Shown: in pieces, positions 62,530 through 64,000 of the stretch
How positions within the stretch are numbered: position 1 is the first letter of the stretch
How the letters are laid out: each line of letters begins with the position of its first letter
Source: Vitrella brassicaformis CCMP3155
Lineage: Eukaryota; Protista; Chromerida
Direction: 5' to 3'
Assembly (NCBI GenBank): GCA_001179505.1
Contig: CDMY01000218.1
Coordinates: 62,001 to 126,000 of the forward strand
Length of the DNA stretch: 64,000 bases
Notes under the pieces: model-generated
Database searches by the model: none
Told to the model about the DNA's origin: nothing
The model's input: only the letters and a program-made list of their open reading frames with translations
Position numbers and translations under genes: made by a program

Positions 62530-63969
62530 CTAGTAAGAAGTGTATCTCTGCAGTGAGGGCGGCGGCAGGGTGATGCCGCACTCATGACGCAGCTCGTCCT
62601 GACACACACACCAACATGTATACGAGCGAAAGAAGGCCTCCTCGCCTCACTCACCAGTGGTCTGTCGAGCCACTTCTCAACATAGACTAAATGCAGCGGC
62701 CTCTTGACTTTCCTCGCAGCATCAAACGCCTGCAGCACATCACCAACAGGGAGCACCAAGCACGTGTGTGAACGTTGATCGAAGCCACCATCTTCTCATC
62801 GCTGCCTGCCTGCTTACCCATGGCAGCAGCTCATTGAGTAGTATCCTTCTGGGGTAGAAGACCTCCCTCTTCTGGTACTTGAGGCCCTCAGCGGGACGCA
62901 GCGGCACCTCCAGAGGAGACGAAGCCGCCTCACTACTGCTGCTGCTGGTGGTGCTGGCGGGGGATGTTGACGGCTGAGATGGCTCGCTCGGCTGGCCTCT
63001 GCTCGATGGCCCTGCAGCTGTGGTCTCCCCCTGAGGCGCATTGGTGCTGCTGTCGATTGGTTCTTGCCGCACCACTGGTGCTGTGAAGGCCCCGACAAAT
63101 GTGCTCAACACCGTCATCTGAGTGACGCAGGGGAGAAAGAGGTGGTATGCGTGTCTGTGTGCGCAGGTGTCCGTGTGTGGGCGTCACGCCACTCACCGGC
63201 AGCTTCGTTTGCGTCATTTCGATGGCCTTGAGGGCCACTTCGCACTCGACAGACGTGTTGAGGCTGAAGGCCACGTGCGCAAAGTCGTGGAGCTGAACCG
63301 CACAGACATCAACACGAACACCGCGACAGCCAGAGACGAAGTGGGTGAGTGCGTGTACTCAATGGATGGATAGCACCTACCCGACCTGTCTGTATCGTGT
63401 CATGACGTATGCCAGGTTCTCGTCGTCGACATACTTAACAGGGTCACGCTCATGCGGGTGGTACCCAAACGTGTCCAGGAAGCGGACGTACTCGCGACTG
63501 ACCACACACACACACAATGGCTGCTTATGACTGCCCAGCAACGAATCTGGTCATCTCACTCATATTAGTACCCCAGTGTGCCGCGTGGCAGCTCTCTAAG
63601 CCGGTCCAGCCTGATTTCTTCTTCCCTTATCAGCGGCCTGTCGTCCAAAACACGCCTGCCCTCTGAATCAGCACTACAACCACACACAGACAAGGAAACA
63701 CGCACCTACATAAATGCAGTGTACTTGCACCTTCTCCCCTTAGTGTTGCGTACGTACCTCATTTGTTTGTGCATTGCAATGAGGGCCTCCCTGCCAGTCA
63801 CCTCCCCCAGACAGGCCACCAGGTCGGCCCGCATGGGATCATTGAATGCGCCCAGTGCGGAGCTGACGGCCAGCGAGAGCTTGTCGAACACTGTTGTCTC
63901 GATGTGGTGGTGGCTGAATAGTGACGTGAACTCACGGGCGCTCCGGCAGGCGAGTGTCTGGCGCAGCAT
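62530..63969 (-). CDS. COQ4: Ubiquinone biosynthesis protein COQ4, mitochondrial
   Basis: LAVSSALGAFNDPMRADLVACLGEVTG; EYVRFLDTFGYHPHERDPVKYVDDENLAYVMTRY; metal motif LHDFAH..FSLNTSVECEVALK (HDxxH-x11-E); LLNELLPW; LVYVEKWLDRPL.DELRHECGI. The N-terminus resembles a mitochondrial presequence. Confidence 0.9.
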
Positions 63970-64000
63970 CGACGCTGAGGGCGGGATGATGAATCAGAGC

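Noticed and set aside
1-64000. rRNA, tRNA, telomeric repeats, retrotransposon or viral genes
   Set aside because: No recognisable signatures by eye; small ncRNAs cannot be excluded without covariance-model searches.

Overview
Intron-dense, GC-rich eukaryotic DNA with microsatellite-filled introns ((CA)n/(TG)n, (GA)n, CCTG, GACA, GGAT) and two genes carrying apicomplexan-type AP2 domains. The style fits a chromerid alveolate such as Vitrella brassicaformis (inference, not confirmed). About 19 spliced protein-coding genes were reconstructed by hand from GT-AG junctions. No rRNA, tRNA, CRISPR array or transposase was recognised. Four gaps of exactly 300 N are present, and one sits beside a 1,486-bp duplicate that is probably an assembly artefact. 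The standout is a minus-strand gene (3703-11260) whose 14 exons splice in frame into a ~1,388-aa protein joining an AP2-like DNA-binding domain, a canonical chromodomain and an RluA-family pseudouridine synthase with its catalytic Asp. That is a candidate DNA-reader/histone-reader/RNA-writer in one polypeptide. Other points of interest: a glycosyltransferase-like helix abutting the C-terminal part of a branching enzyme; an inverted duplication wrapped around a membrane-protein gene; a three-copy F-box-like family associated with a GG-less ubiquitin domain and a ubiquitin fragment; a probable condensin II CAP-G2; a split RING; a tandem-AP2 transcription factor; a MYND-TPR fusion; and COQ4. All domain calls come from motif recognition by eye and need profile searches.
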